Shown: piece by piece, positions 45,818-55,176 of the stretch | Position numbering within the stretch: the stretch's first letter is position 1 | Layout of the letters: each line of letters starts with the position of its first letter | From: Candidatus Dormiibacterota bacterium | GTDB lineage: Bacteria; Chloroflexota; Dormibacteria; Aeolococcales; Bog-877 | DNA: 64,000 bases | Assembly: GCA_963804565.1 (NCBI GenBank) | Contig: CAWDQV010000001.1 | Location: forward strand, 1,558,643 to 1,622,642 | Direction: 5' to 3' | Program-made: the position numbers and the translations under genes | Notes under the pieces: generated by a model | What the model was told of the DNA's origin: nothing | The model's database searches: none | Seen by the model: only the letters and a program-made list of their open reading frames with translations

Positions 45818-46846
45818 TCAGCTGCCGGTGGCGGATCGGGTCGGACTCGACCCGTAGTTGTACTGGCTGTCCGGGTAACGGGTGCCCACGAATGCCCCGG
45901 GAGGAACGAGAGAGCTGAGCCGTTCCAGCTCCGCCGGGGAGAGGGTGACCCGGGCAGCAAGAGCGTTCTCCTCGAGGGTGGTTCGGCGCTTGGTTCCCGG
46001 GATCGGCACCACGTCCGATCCCTGCCCGAGGAGCCACGCCAGGGCCAGCTGCCCGGGGGTGACCCCCCGCTCCGACGCGATCTGTTCGACCAGCGCTACC
46101 AGCTCCAGGTTGCGCTGAAAGTTCTCGCCGAGGAAGCGAGGGTGGTCCCGTCGAAAGTCGTCCGGGCCAAAATCCTTGGTGGAGCGGATCTTGCCGGTCA
46201 GGAAGCCGCGACCCAAGGGGCTGAAGGGGACGACCCCGACCCCGAGCCGGCGGGCCGTGGCCAGCACCTCTGACTCAATGTCCCTGGTCCAGAGCGACCA
46301 CTCGCTCTGAAGCGCGCTGATCGGGTGGACGGCCGCCGCCCGCTCCAGTGAGTCGCTGCTCGCCTCCGAGAGACCGAGGAACCGAACCTTCCCCTGCTCT
46401 ACCAGTTCTGCCATCGCGCCGACTGTGTCCTCGATCGGCACCAGTGGATCGACCCGGTGCTGGTAGTAGAGATCGATGTACTCGGTGTTGAGCCGCTCCA
46501 GCGACTCTTCACAGCAGGATCTGACGTACTCCGGCCGGCCGTTGACCGCGCGTCCGTCGGGGTCACTGTTGACGATCCCAAACTTGGTCGCCAGGACGGC
46601 CCGCTCGCGCCGGCCCTGGAGCGCCCGCCCGACCAGCCGCTCGTTGTGCCCACTCCCATAGACGTTGGCGGTGTCCAGGAAGGTGACCCCGAGCTCGAGG
46701 GCCCTGTCGATGGTGGCCAGTGACTCGGTCTCGTCCGCCGGCCCGTATGACTGGGACATGCCCATGCAGCCCAGACCGATCGCCGATACCGAGAGACCCT
46801 CGGTGCCGAGCGAACGGTTGGGATATGGCTCCTCGCTCACACCCAC
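45818..46846 (-). CDS. Aldo/keto reductase
   Basis: [59 protein letters not shown]. Confidence 0.9.
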   Translation of the reverse strand: MGVSEEPYPNRSLGTEGLSVSAIGLGCMGMSQSYGPADETESLATIDRALELGVTFLDTANVYGSGHNERLVGRALQGRRERAVLATKFGIVNSDPDGRAVNGRPEYVRSCCEESLERLNTEYIDLYYQHRVDPLVPIEDTVGAMAELVEQGKVRFLGLSEASSDSLERAAAVHPISALQSEWSLWTRDIESEVLATARRLGVGVVPFSPLGRGFLTGKIRSTKDFGPDDFRRDHPRFLGENFQRNLELVALVEQIASERGVTPGQLALAWLLGQGSDVVPIPGTKRRTTLEENALAARVTLSPAELERLSSLVPPGAFVGTRYPDSQYNYGSSPTRSATGS

Positions 46847-46983
46847 TAATTTAGGGGACTCGGGGTGCCCGTTCTCGAGGCATCTCGCCCCCCGAATTCG
46901 AGCTCCTCTCCGGTAGCATCGATCTGATGGGAAGTGGACCGACCGACCCGGATCTACCGATGCGTGGTTTGTGGGTCTGATCG

Positions 46984-47913
46984 GTGCCGTCGCTCAACAG
47001 CGCTGCCCGGACCACGATCCTCGCGGCTTCCCAGAACCGGCTGGCCGAGGCCTTCGTCAGACGCTACGGGATGCGGCTCGGCGCCGCTCGGTTCGTGGCT
47101 GGCGAATCCCTGGACCAGGACGTGGAACTGATCCGGCGGCTGAATCAGCAGGGCTTCAAGTGCAATGCAACCGAGCTCGGCGAGGCGGTGACCTCGAAGG
47201 CGGAGGCGCAGCAGGCGGTGGAGGCTTACAAGACCTTGCTGCGGCGCCTCGCCTCAGAGCAGTTGAGGGCCAACGCCGCCATCAAGCTGAGCTTGGTGGG
47301 AGCCGACCTCGACGAGCAGCTGGCGGTGGCCAACATGACGGAGCTGCTGGGGCTGGCCCGGGAGCTAGGGCTGTTCATGAGACTCGACATGGAGGACTCA
47401 TCTCATGTCGAGTCCACCCTGAGCACCTATCGCAGCCTTCGCCAAGAAGGCTTTGACAACGTGGGCGCGGTGCTCCAGTCCTGCCTTCGCCGTACCGCCG
47501 CCGACCTGGAGTCCCTACTACCCCTGAAACCGAATCTGCGCTTGGTCAAGGGCGCCTACCGTGAGAGCAAGGAGGTCGCCTTCCCGGCCAAGGCGGACGT
47601 CGATCGCAACTACCTCCAGCTGATGGAAAGGGCCCTTGTGGAGGCGGGCTACACAGCGGTGGCCACCCACGATGAGCGGATGATCGACCACGCAATCTCC
47701 TTCGCCGAGCAGCACGGGATCGGGCGCGATCGCTTCGAGTTCCAGATGCTCTACGGAGTCCGTCCCCAGCTCCAGCGAGATCTGGTGCAGCGTGGCTTCA
47801 CGGTGCTGATCGCCACCTCTTACGGCACCCATTGGTATCCGTTTTTCATGAGACGGTTGGCCGAGCGGCCGGCCAACGTGCTGTTCCTGGTCCGCAACAT
47901 GTTTCGAGGCTAG
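46984..47913 (+). CDS. Proline dehydrogenase (monofunctional PutA-like)
   Basis: [49 protein letters not shown]. Confidence 0.85.
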   Translation: MPSLNSAARTTILAASQNRLAEAFVRRYGMRLGAARFVAGESLDQDVELIRRLNQQGFKCNATELGEAVTSKAEAQQAVEAYKTLLRRLASEQLRANAAIKLSLVGADLDEQLAVANMTELLGLARELGLFMRLDMEDSSHVESTLSTYRSLRQEGFDNVGAVLQSCLRRTAADLESLLPLKPNLRLVKGAYRESKEVAFPAKADVDRNYLQLMERALVEAGYTAVATHDERMIDHAISFAEQHGIGRDRFEFQMLYGVRPQLQRDLVQRGFTVLIATSYGTHWYPFFMRRLAERPANVLFLVRNMFRG

Positions 47914-47938
47914 CTCCACACCATCAAGGAGGACCCCC

Positions 47939-49489
47939 TTGTCCCTGCCGCCCTTCAGCAACGAGCCGACCCTGGATTTCTCCCTACCGGCCAATCGCTC
48001 AGCGTTCGCCAGCTCCCTAGCTGACGTCCGAGCCAAGCTCGGCCGGGACTACCCTCTGGTGATCGGCGGGGAGCGGGTGGAGACCGAGGAGGTCATCGAG
48101 TCGTACAACCCAGCTCACCCGGAGCAGATCATCGGGCGCCACGCCGCCGGACGCCAGCAGGACGTGGAGTGGGCGGTGGCCGCAGGCTGGCAGGCGTTCG
48201 CCGACTGGTCGAGGACCCCGGTCGAGGAGCGGGTGGCGCTCCTTCTTCGGGTTGCCCAGGTGGTGCGGCGCCGGCGCGGCGAACTGGCGGCGCTGATGGT
48301 CTACGAGGTTGGCAAGGCTTGGGACGAGGCGGACGGCGAGGTCTCCGAGGTCGTCGACCTGATTGAGTGGTACGCCCGGCACGCGCTCGAGCTCAACGCC
48401 AGAGACCACCAGGCGCCCTGGCCGGGGGAGCTGACCGAGTTCCGCTACCTGCCGCTCGGCGTGGGCGCGGTGATCTCTCCCTGGAACTTCCCCCTGGCGC
48501 TGGCGACTGGGATGACCAGTGCAGCGGTGGTCTCAGGGAACTGCGTGATCCTCAAGCCGGCCGAGACCTCGAGCACGTCAGCCGCCTGGCTGGTCGACAT
48601 CTTCCACGAGCTCGGGCTACCACCGGGGGTGATCAATCTGCTGACCGGGCGCGGCGAGGTGGTCGGCGAGGCCCTGGTCGACCATCCGCAGATCCGCTTC
48701 GTGGCGTTCACCGGCTCCAAGGAGGTCGGCGTGCGCATCTACGAGCGAGCCTCCAGGGTTCATCCCGGGCAGCGCTGGCTGAAGCGGGTGCAGTTGGAGA
48801 TGGGCGGCAAAAACGCGGTGGTGGTCGACGAAACCGCCGACGTGGAGTTGGCCGCCCAGGGAATCACCGCCTCCGCCTTTGGATTTCAGGGCCAGAAGTG
48901 CTCGGCCGGATCGAGGACGGTGGTGGTTGACTCCGCCTACGACCAGGTGGTCCGCCGGGTGCTGGAGCTGGCCGGCCGGCTGAGGATGGGCGATCCGGTC
49001 GACCCGGAAGTGTCGGTGGGCCCGGTGATTGACGGTGCGGCGGAGGAGAAGATCCTCGACTACCTGCAGATCGGAAGAGGGGAGGGCGAGCTCCTGCTTG
49101 GAGGCGGTCATGGCCCAGGAGATGGCCACTTCATCGAGCCGACCATATTCGGTGGGGTTGCGCCGGACGCACGGATCGCTCAGGAGGAGATCTTCGGCCC
49201 GGTGACCGCGGTCATCCGAGCCCGGGACTACGAGCATGGGCTGGAGATCGCCAACGCCACCGAGTACGGGCTGACGGGTTCGTTCTTCAGTCGCGACCCG
49301 CGGCGGATAGCGGTCGCGAAGGAGCGCTTCCACGTGGGAAATCTCTACATAAACCGCCGCTCGACCGGGGCCTACATGGGCGTCCATCCCTTCGGTGGTT
49401 TCAACATGAGCGGCACCGATACCAAGGCTGGCGGACCGGACTATCTACTGTTTTATGTGCAGGGCCAGAGCATTGGGGAACGCATCTAA
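47939..49489 (+). CDS. L-glutamate gamma-semialdehyde (1-pyrroline-5-carboxylate) dehydrogenase
   Basis: Aldehyde dehydrogenase motifs: ISPWNFPLA, FTGSKEVG, LEMGGKNA, GFQGQKCSA, EEIFGPV. Adjacent to proline dehydrogenase. The TTG start is preceded by AGGAGGA. Confidence 0.9.
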   Translation: MSLPPFSNEPTLDFSLPANRSAFASSLADVRAKLGRDYPLVIGGERVETEEVIESYNPAHPEQIIGRHAAGRQQDVEWAVAAGWQAFADWSRTPVEERVALLLRVAQVVRRRRGELAALMVYEVGKAWDEADGEVSEVVDLIEWYARHALELNARDHQAPWPGELTEFRYLPLGVGAVISPWNFPLALATGMTSAAVVSGNCVILKPAETSSTSAAWLVDIFHELGLPPGVINLLTGRGEVVGEALVDHPQIRFVAFTGSKEVGVRIYERASRVHPGQRWLKRVQLEMGGKNAVVVDETADVELAAQGITASAFGFQGQKCSAGSRTVVVDSAYDQVVRRVLELAGRLRMGDPVDPEVSVGPVIDGAAEEKILDYLQIGRGEGELLLGGGHGPGDGHFIEPTIFGGVAPDARIAQEEIFGPVTAVIRARDYEHGLEIANATEYGLTGSFFSRDPRRIAVAKERFHVGNLYINRRSTGAYMGVHPFGGFNMSGTDTKAGGPDYLLFYVQGQSIGERI

Positions 49490-49541
49490 GTAGCGGGTAC
49501 CTGTGCGGTGAAGCGACGAATGACGTGTTCGCGTCGAGGAG

Positions 49542-50294
49542 TCAGACCAGCAACTTGACAACTGCGGCCAAGCCGCCGACGACGAGCACTCCGCGCAGCA
49601 CGGCAGGCGAAAGCTTGCGACCAAATCTCGCGCCTAACTGCCCTCCCAGGATGCTGGATATCGCAATCACCAAAGCCGGTTCCCAACGAACCGGTGCATA
49701 GCCGATAAAGACAACCGCTGCTGCACCGTTTGCGATCAAGGTTAGGACGTTCTTCAGCCCGGAAAGTCGTTGCAGGGTGTCCTCGATGAACACGCCCAAC
49801 GTGGCCATCAGCATGATCCCTTGGGCTGCACCGAAATAGCCGCAGTACACGCCAGTAGCGAAGATCGCGGCGGGCAGGCCCGCCCGTCCGGCTCCAGACG
49901 GGGGTCTGGCAGCTCGCCGGCGAGCCAGGCGTGGTTGCAGCAACAGGACTATCACCGCGAGCAAGATCAGCGCCGGCACCACCAGCTTGAAGACAAAGGC
50001 TGGCAGCGCGAGCAGGAGGATTGCCCCACCAATTCCGCCCAGAAGAGAGAACCCGCCCAGCGCCAGCACCCTGCCTCGCTGGCCCTTGAGCTCGCGCCGG
50101 TAGCCGACGGATCCGCTGACATTTCCGAAGACCAAGCCGACCGTGTTGCTCACGTTGGCGACCAGCGGGGAGTAGCCGAGCGCGAGCAGGGTGGGGAAAG
50201 TAAGCAGCGAGCCCGAGCCGGCGACCGCGTTGATCGCGCCCGCGCCGAAGCCGGCGCCGGCCAGCGCGAGCAGGAGCAGCGGGTCAGGCGAGAT
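49542..50294 (-). CDS. TauE/SafE family sulfite-exporter-like permease (start-codon/frame anomaly)
   Basis: The ORF track starts at GTG 50153. The same frame is open upstream and encodes the conserved first helix: PLLLLALAGAGFGAGAINAVAGSGSLLTFPTLLALGYSPLVAN. There is no ATG, GTG or TTG in that stretch. See findings. Confidence 0.75.
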   Translation of the reverse strand: MSPDPLLLLALAGAGFGAGAINAVAGSGSLLTFPTLLALGYSPLVANVSNTVGLVFGNVSGSVGYRRELKGQRGRVLALGGFSLLGGIGGAILLLALPAFVFKLVVPALILLAVIVLLLQPRLARRRAARPPSGAGRAGLPAAIFATGVYCGYFGAAQGIMLMATLGVFIEDTLQRLSGLKNVLTLIANGAAAVVFIGYAPVRWEPALVIAISSILGGQLGARFGRKLSPAVLRGVLVVGGLAAVVKLLV

Positions 50295-50584
50295 CGTCGA
50301 GATCGCTCCACCCCGGTCGCACCGCGGACCCGCTGAGCGCCGTCATCCTGATGCCCTCCAGTCGCCAGAGGGCAACGCCAAGCCATCCAATCGTAGGCGG
50401 CTGCCCAGTTCGACGAAGTCTCTCAAATCGGCCTTCGACGATCTCTCCAGCTAGCCGGGCCATCCCTGGTCAGGAGTTTCCCAGGGCCCATATGGCGGGA
50501 CGCTCCCATGACCCACGACGGCCTGAGGCAGACTCTGGTCGTAGAAGTTCACCAAGTGAGGTCCACTGAATCCCTGGTGAGGTC

Positions 50585-52408
50585 ATGATCCGGCTCCGCG
50601 GACTTCTGGGTCGTCCTCTCAGATCGAGTGAGGCGAGCAAGGAGGAGATCACTCCGGTCGAGGGGCTCTCGGCTCTCTCGCTGGATGCGCTGACCTCGGT
50701 TGCTTACGGTCCCCAGGCGCTCCTGGTCGCTCTGGGGGCGGGAGGGCTCGCCGCGCTGCGGCTTGCACCCTGGATCACCCTAGCCATCGTCGGCCTGCTG
50801 GTGCTACTGGTCGCCTCGTACACCCAGGTGATAGCCGCCTTCCCGGGAGGTGGAGGAGCGTACGCGGTCGCTCGGGCCAACCTCGGTGCCCGCCTGTCGC
50901 TACTGGCCGGCGCATCCCTCATCGTCGACTACACCCTCACCGTGGCAGTTTCGATCGCTGCCGGGGTCGGGTCGCTCGTCTCGGCCTTTCCCAGCCTGGC
51001 GCCGCTAACCATTCCGATCTGCTTGGCCATCCTGGCCGTGATCACCTTCCTCAATCTTCGGGGCCTCGCCGAGGGAGCCAGGGCCTTCCTGGTGCCAACC
51101 CTGGCCTTCATCGCCGCCATCCTGATCGTGATCGCGATCGGATTGGTCCACCCGCTGGGCCTGGCCGTGCGTGCTCCTGGCTCCACTCAAGTGGCTACCC
51201 ACGGCCTGGAGGCGATCGGGATCCTGTTGATCCTGCAGGCCTTCTCTGCCGGTTGCAGTGCTCTCACCGGGGTTGAGGCGATCGCCAACGGCGTCCCCCT
51301 GTTCCGCTCACCCCAGGTCGTCAAGGCCCGCCAGACCGAGATCATGCTGGGTGTCCTGCTGGCAACCATGCTGCTGGGTCTCGGGATACTGGTCCAGCGG
51401 TTTCACGTGCAGCCGCGCACCCACGACGCCGTTCTCAACCAGATCGTCGGTTATGCGCTGGGCAGAGGATGGGCCTTCGCCGTCATCTCGATTCTGATCA
51501 CACTCGCCCTGGCGCTCGCCGCCAACACATCCTTCGGGGGCCTTCCTGTTCTGGCCAGCCTTTTGGCCAAGGACCACCGACTGCCTCATGCCTTCGCCAT
51601 TCGCGGCGATCGACTGGTCTTCAACCAGGGGATCTGGGCACTGGCAGTGCTATCGGCGATCCTGCTGATCGCAACCGCGGGGAACACCGACTCCCTGATC
51701 CCGCTCTACGCGATTGGTGTCTTCACCGGATTCACCCTGGCCCAGTCGGGGATGGTCCGCCACTGGCTAAAGGCCCGGCCCCGAGGCTGGAGCTGGCGCG
51801 TCACCATCAACGGTCTGGGTGCGGCGACAACAGGTGTTGCCACCCTGATCTTCGTCTTCACCAAGTTCAGAGAGGGTGCGTGGGTGGTGGTGATCGCGAT
51901 ACCGCTCCTGATCTGGCTGTTCCTCCGCATCAGCGCCTATTACCGCGTGGTTGCGCGAGAGATTCACCTCGGGCAGCGCCCGGCGAAACCCCAGCGCGGC
52001 ACCACCACCGTGGTGGTGCCGTTCACCTCGCTGTCCTTGTTGACCAGCCGGGCACTCTCCGACGCGCTCTCGATGGGAGATCAGGTTGTTGCCGTCACCG
52101 TAGTCTTCGACGAAGACAAGGATGCCCAGGCCGAGGTGGAAGCCGCCTGGGCGAAATGGGACCCCGGCGTGCCCCTGGTGGTGCTGCTCTCTCCCTACCG
52201 CTCAGTCGCCCGTCCGCTGCTGCGGTACATCGGATCGCTGAAACCGAGCGCCCACCATCAGGTGGTGGTACTGATCCCGGTGGTAGTACCGCGGCGGCTG
52301 TGGCACCGATTACTCCACAACCACTTGGACCTGGTCCTGACCGCAGCGCTGCAGCGCAGGCCCTACGTGGTGGTGGCGCGGCTGCCGTTGCCTCTGCGCA
52401 GGGATTGA
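50585..52408 (+). CDS. APC-superfamily amino-acid/polyamine permease with C-terminal cytoplasmic domain
   Basis: EGLSALSLDALTSVAYGPQALL... with about 12 helices, then a soluble tail of about 150 aa (TTVVVPFTSLSLLTSRAL...VVVLIPVVVPRRLWHRLLHNH). Confidence 0.85.
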   Translation: MIRLRGLLGRPLRSSEASKEEITPVEGLSALSLDALTSVAYGPQALLVALGAGGLAALRLAPWITLAIVGLLVLLVASYTQVIAAFPGGGGAYAVARANLGARLSLLAGASLIVDYTLTVAVSIAAGVGSLVSAFPSLAPLTIPICLAILAVITFLNLRGLAEGARAFLVPTLAFIAAILIVIAIGLVHPLGLAVRAPGSTQVATHGLEAIGILLILQAFSAGCSALTGVEAIANGVPLFRSPQVVKARQTEIMLGVLLATMLLGLGILVQRFHVQPRTHDAVLNQIVGYALGRGWAFAVISILITLALALAANTSFGGLPVLASLLAKDHRLPHAFAIRGDRLVFNQGIWALAVLSAILLIATAGNTDSLIPLYAIGVFTGFTLAQSGMVRHWLKARPRGWSWRVTINGLGAATTGVATLIFVFTKFREGAWVVVIAIPLLIWLFLRISAYYRVVAREIHLGQRPAKPQRGTTTVVVPFTSLSLLTSRALSDALSMGDQVVAVTVVFDEDKDAQAEVEAAWAKWDPGVPLVVLLSPYRSVARPLLRYIGSLKPSAHHQVVVLIPVVVPRRLWHRLLHNHLDLVLTAALQRRPYVVVARLPLPLRRD

Positions 52409-52501
52409 GGAGTTCTCACGCGCTCACCGGGGATGGACGTGCGGCGTCGACCTGTCCGAACCTTGCTGGAAATCCAGCCTTGCTCTGGTGGTATCTATAG
52501 A

Positions 52502-52966
52502 TCAGTCGGGTTCCGACTCTTCCTGCCGGGACGGCTCCAGCCCGTTCCAGCCCCACAGCGGTACCGGCAACCCGCGTGGGACGGTGGACCCAGCCGGTGT
52601 ATACGCCAGGACCTCCCGAACCGCCCACTCCATGTAATTGCGCAGACCGGCTCGAAATCCGGGGTCGGCAGGCAGATGGGCATCGTCCGCCGCCGTGACG
52701 AAGCAGTCCACAAAGCGGTCGCCCAGATCGAGCTGGGCTTGGCAGCCGGCGTGAATCTCCAGCATCCCAGAGTGTCCGCCGGATGACTCCGAGTAAGTCG
52801 GCGGCCCGCCGAAGACCTCCGCCCAGTATTCCGCCAGCCGTTCGACGTGCTGTGGGTTGCTCACCTTGGAGAACGGGTGGTTCAGCACTGGGTCCTCGAG
52901 ACAGCGCCGGTGGTGGGCCGTCGCCAATGCCAAGAAGGCGCTCTCGCCGCCCGCGAACTCGAACAT
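52502..52966 (-). CDS. Truncated haemoglobin (group II / GlbO-like globin)
   Basis: MFEFAGGESAFLALATAHHRRCLEDPVLNHPF...ERLAEYWAEVFGGPPTYSESSGGHSGMLEIHAG aligns by eye with mycobacterial GlbO (..[23 protein letters not shown]..). The start is ATG 52966 or GTG 52981. Confidence 0.75.
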   Translation of the reverse strand: MFEFAGGESAFLALATAHHRRCLEDPVLNHPFSKVSNPQHVERLAEYWAEVFGGPPTYSESSGGHSGMLEIHAGCQAQLDLGDRFVDCFVTAADDAHLPADPGFRAGLRNYMEWAVREVLAYTPAGSTVPRGLPVPLWGWNGLEPSRQEESEPD

Positions 52967-53079
52967 CGAAGGTCGTGTCACCCCCGAAAGTCTGAGGCAT
53001 CCGGGCCAGCTCCTTCGATCCAGTGCCGCCTCGCTGTTCCGATAGAAATCGCACTTCACGGGCTGGTTCGGTCGCCGCG

Positions 53080-54048
53080 TCACACCTCGGAAAAGGTCCT
53101 GGGGCTCTCCGTTTCGGCGAGACTCGACACAGGTGCGGGCGACCATGCATGCTCCTCCGCCTCGGCCATCCTCTGCGAGAGCGCTGCCTCGAGTGGGTCC
53201 AACGAGAGCCCTTTCTCCAGGTCCTGGGAGATCACCGAGGCGTAGTGGTCCAGCGTGGTGCTCGGCCGAGCGTGCCCGAGGGCCTTCGACACTAGGAGAA
53301 GCGGAACCCCGGCCCTTAGCCAGCGGGCGGAGGCGGCGTGACGCAGCTGATGTGGGCTGATCTTCGGAAGACCCGCCAGCTTGGAGCAGTCGTCCAGCAG
53401 TTCCCTCGCCCTTCGCCGGCTGAGCCGCCCCTGGCGGGAGCGCAGCAGCGGCGCTGACGGGCCCTCACCCAGTCGCTCGAAGACCTCCCCTTCCAGCTCC
53501 TGTCGAAGCGACGGCGGAAGGGGTACCCAGCGTTCGCCGGTCTTGCCACGCAGCTGCAGCTGTCCATCCTGGAGCGAGGCGAGATCACAGTTGAGAAGCT
53601 CCCCGGGTCGTGCTCCGGTTGCCAGCATCAGCGAGACCAGGAGGCGCGACCGGTGGTCGGGGGCGGCCGAGATCAGCTTCAGCTGATCTTCCATCGAGAG
53701 TGCCGGGCGGGGGTGGTGCGGGGGCAGCGGCTGCAGCCTGATCGCTCGCTCCAGTCCGCGCTCCGCCCAGCCGCAGCCCTCCAGAAAGCGAAGAAACTGG
53801 CGGATCAGCAGGAGCCGGTGATGGCGAGTGCTGGGTGCCAGTTGGCCCAGTCCTGCCTGGTAGGTGTAGAGGTGCGGAAAGCCCAGCTCCCGGCAGAAGA
53901 AGACGCCCTCCTGCTGGCAGTGACGGAGCAGTGTCCGGAGTACCCCCCGGTACTCCTGCTTACTGCTCGGCTCGTTGGCGGCACTGCTGAAGAGCTCGGC
54001 TGCGAAGAGAAGGCTCCTGTTCGAGCCCCCCTGATCCACTCCCCCCAC
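53080..54048 (-). CDS. Tyrosine-type site-specific recombinase/integrase
   Basis: Catalytic signature present: ATGARPGEL (Arg), HQLRHAASARW (His-x-x-Arg), LGHARPSTTLDHYASV (His, Tyr). The ORF extends to 54180, but that overlaps the upstream gene, so GTG 54048 or 54039 is more likely. Confidence 0.8.
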   Translation of the reverse strand: MGGVDQGGSNRSLLFAAELFSSAANEPSSKQEYRGVLRTLLRHCQQEGVFFCRELGFPHLYTYQAGLGQLAPSTRHHRLLLIRQFLRFLEGCGWAERGLERAIRLQPLPPHHPRPALSMEDQLKLISAAPDHRSRLLVSLMLATGARPGELLNCDLASLQDGQLQLRGKTGERWVPLPPSLRQELEGEVFERLGEGPSAPLLRSRQGRLSRRRARELLDDCSKLAGLPKISPHQLRHAASARWLRAGVPLLLVSKALGHARPSTTLDHYASVISQDLEKGLSLDPLEAALSQRMAEAEEHAWSPAPVSSLAETESPRTFSEV

Positions 54049-54110
54049 CCCACAACTGGTCCCCCTGGAGACCCGTACGGGGCTGGCTCCGCTCCGGGAG
54101 CCTGTTCTGG

Positions 54111-55034
54111 CTATCGTTCCTCGACCAACCGCCGCAGGCTCTGGAGCCCCTGATCCGTGATCTCGTCCGGAAGAGAGCACCCCGGGGCCACCACAAAGCC
54201 GGACCCGATCCGGGCCTGAAGTTCGTTTACCCGCCGCCCGTCGGCCTTCTCGGAGCCCGCCTTCCAGCGCTCCGAGATCCCGCCCATCACGAACTTGCCC
54301 GGGAGTGCCCTCGCCCCCTCCGGGAGGGTGATCTGGCTCTCCGCCTCGCTCCAGCCCACCACCTGGACGGGGTAGTCCGCGTATCGCTCGACGACGTCGT
54401 CAAGCGCCCCGTGGACGTGCAGCAGGCGCAACTCGGCAGCCTTGGCCCCCTTGAGGCCTGCCAGGTCGTAGGGCACCCCCAGCTCCCGGTATTCCTCCGT
54501 CGAGAGCATGTCCTGTCCCCAGCAGGAGTAGTACACACCGTCAGCACCCACGGCGACACACCTCTCCGCCAGCTGGCTCGTCAGCTCGGCCAGAGCAAGC
54601 AGCACCTGATGAGCAACCACCCGGTCACTGTCTCTGAGCTCGCGCAGAACCTGGGGGCTGGACCACAGCCCCACCAGTCCGAGCGGAGAGAAGAGCGTCA
54701 CCAGCAGCACCTCGTCGGCCGAGAGCTGCGCTCGGGCCAACTCAACCGTCTGGATGTACTCGGCTGCCCGCGGAACGTCCTCGACTCTGCCGAAATGGCG
54801 CAGGTGGCGGAGCTGTCTGAACGAGGTGATCGCGAAGTCTTCGAAGAGGATCGGGATGTCGGGCATGATCTTCGCCGCCGCCAGCCGGTACCGCCTGTAA
54901 AAGTCGACAGTCCGAAGCGCGAGCTCTCGAGGCTCGTCGGTGCGGAAGTGCTTCCACAGCAGCACCGGGGGTAGGTCCAGCCTGTCCCCGGCGATCAGCT
55001 GCCGAAGCGGGCTCGGGTCGTCTGCCGTCGTCAA
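54111..55034 (-). CDS. Uroporphyrinogen-decarboxylase (URO-D) superfamily protein, not HemE-like (possibly methyltransferase-like)
   Basis: The layout is URO-D-like (IPILFEDFAITSF...GADGVYYSCWGQDMLSTEEYRELGVPY...LLHVHGAL...FVVAPGCSLPDE). The HemE N-terminal signature PxWxMRQAGR is absent. The TTG start at 55034 is preceded by GGAGGAGG. Confidence 0.65.
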   Translation of the reverse strand: MTTADDPSPLRQLIAGDRLDLPPVLLWKHFRTDEPRELALRTVDFYRRYRLAAAKIMPDIPILFEDFAITSFRQLRHLRHFGRVEDVPRAAEYIQTVELARAQLSADEVLLVTLFSPLGLVGLWSSPQVLRELRDSDRVVAHQVLLALAELTSQLAERCVAVGADGVYYSCWGQDMLSTEEYRELGVPYDLAGLKGAKAAELRLLHVHGALDDVVERYADYPVQVVGWSEAESQITLPEGARALPGKFVMGGISERWKAGSEKADGRRVNELQARIGSGFVVAPGCSLPDEITDQGLQSLRRLVEER

Positions 55035-55176
55035 ACCTCCTCCGGCGCCTTTCTGGCGAACTGGGCCAGATCGTACCGCCGGATCTTGAGACGCGGCGCC
55101 CTTCTCCGCGCGCCCGCGGGTTTGCCACAAACCGAACGCGGGTCCGAAGACTCCCATGGGACGAGCCAGACTGTGG

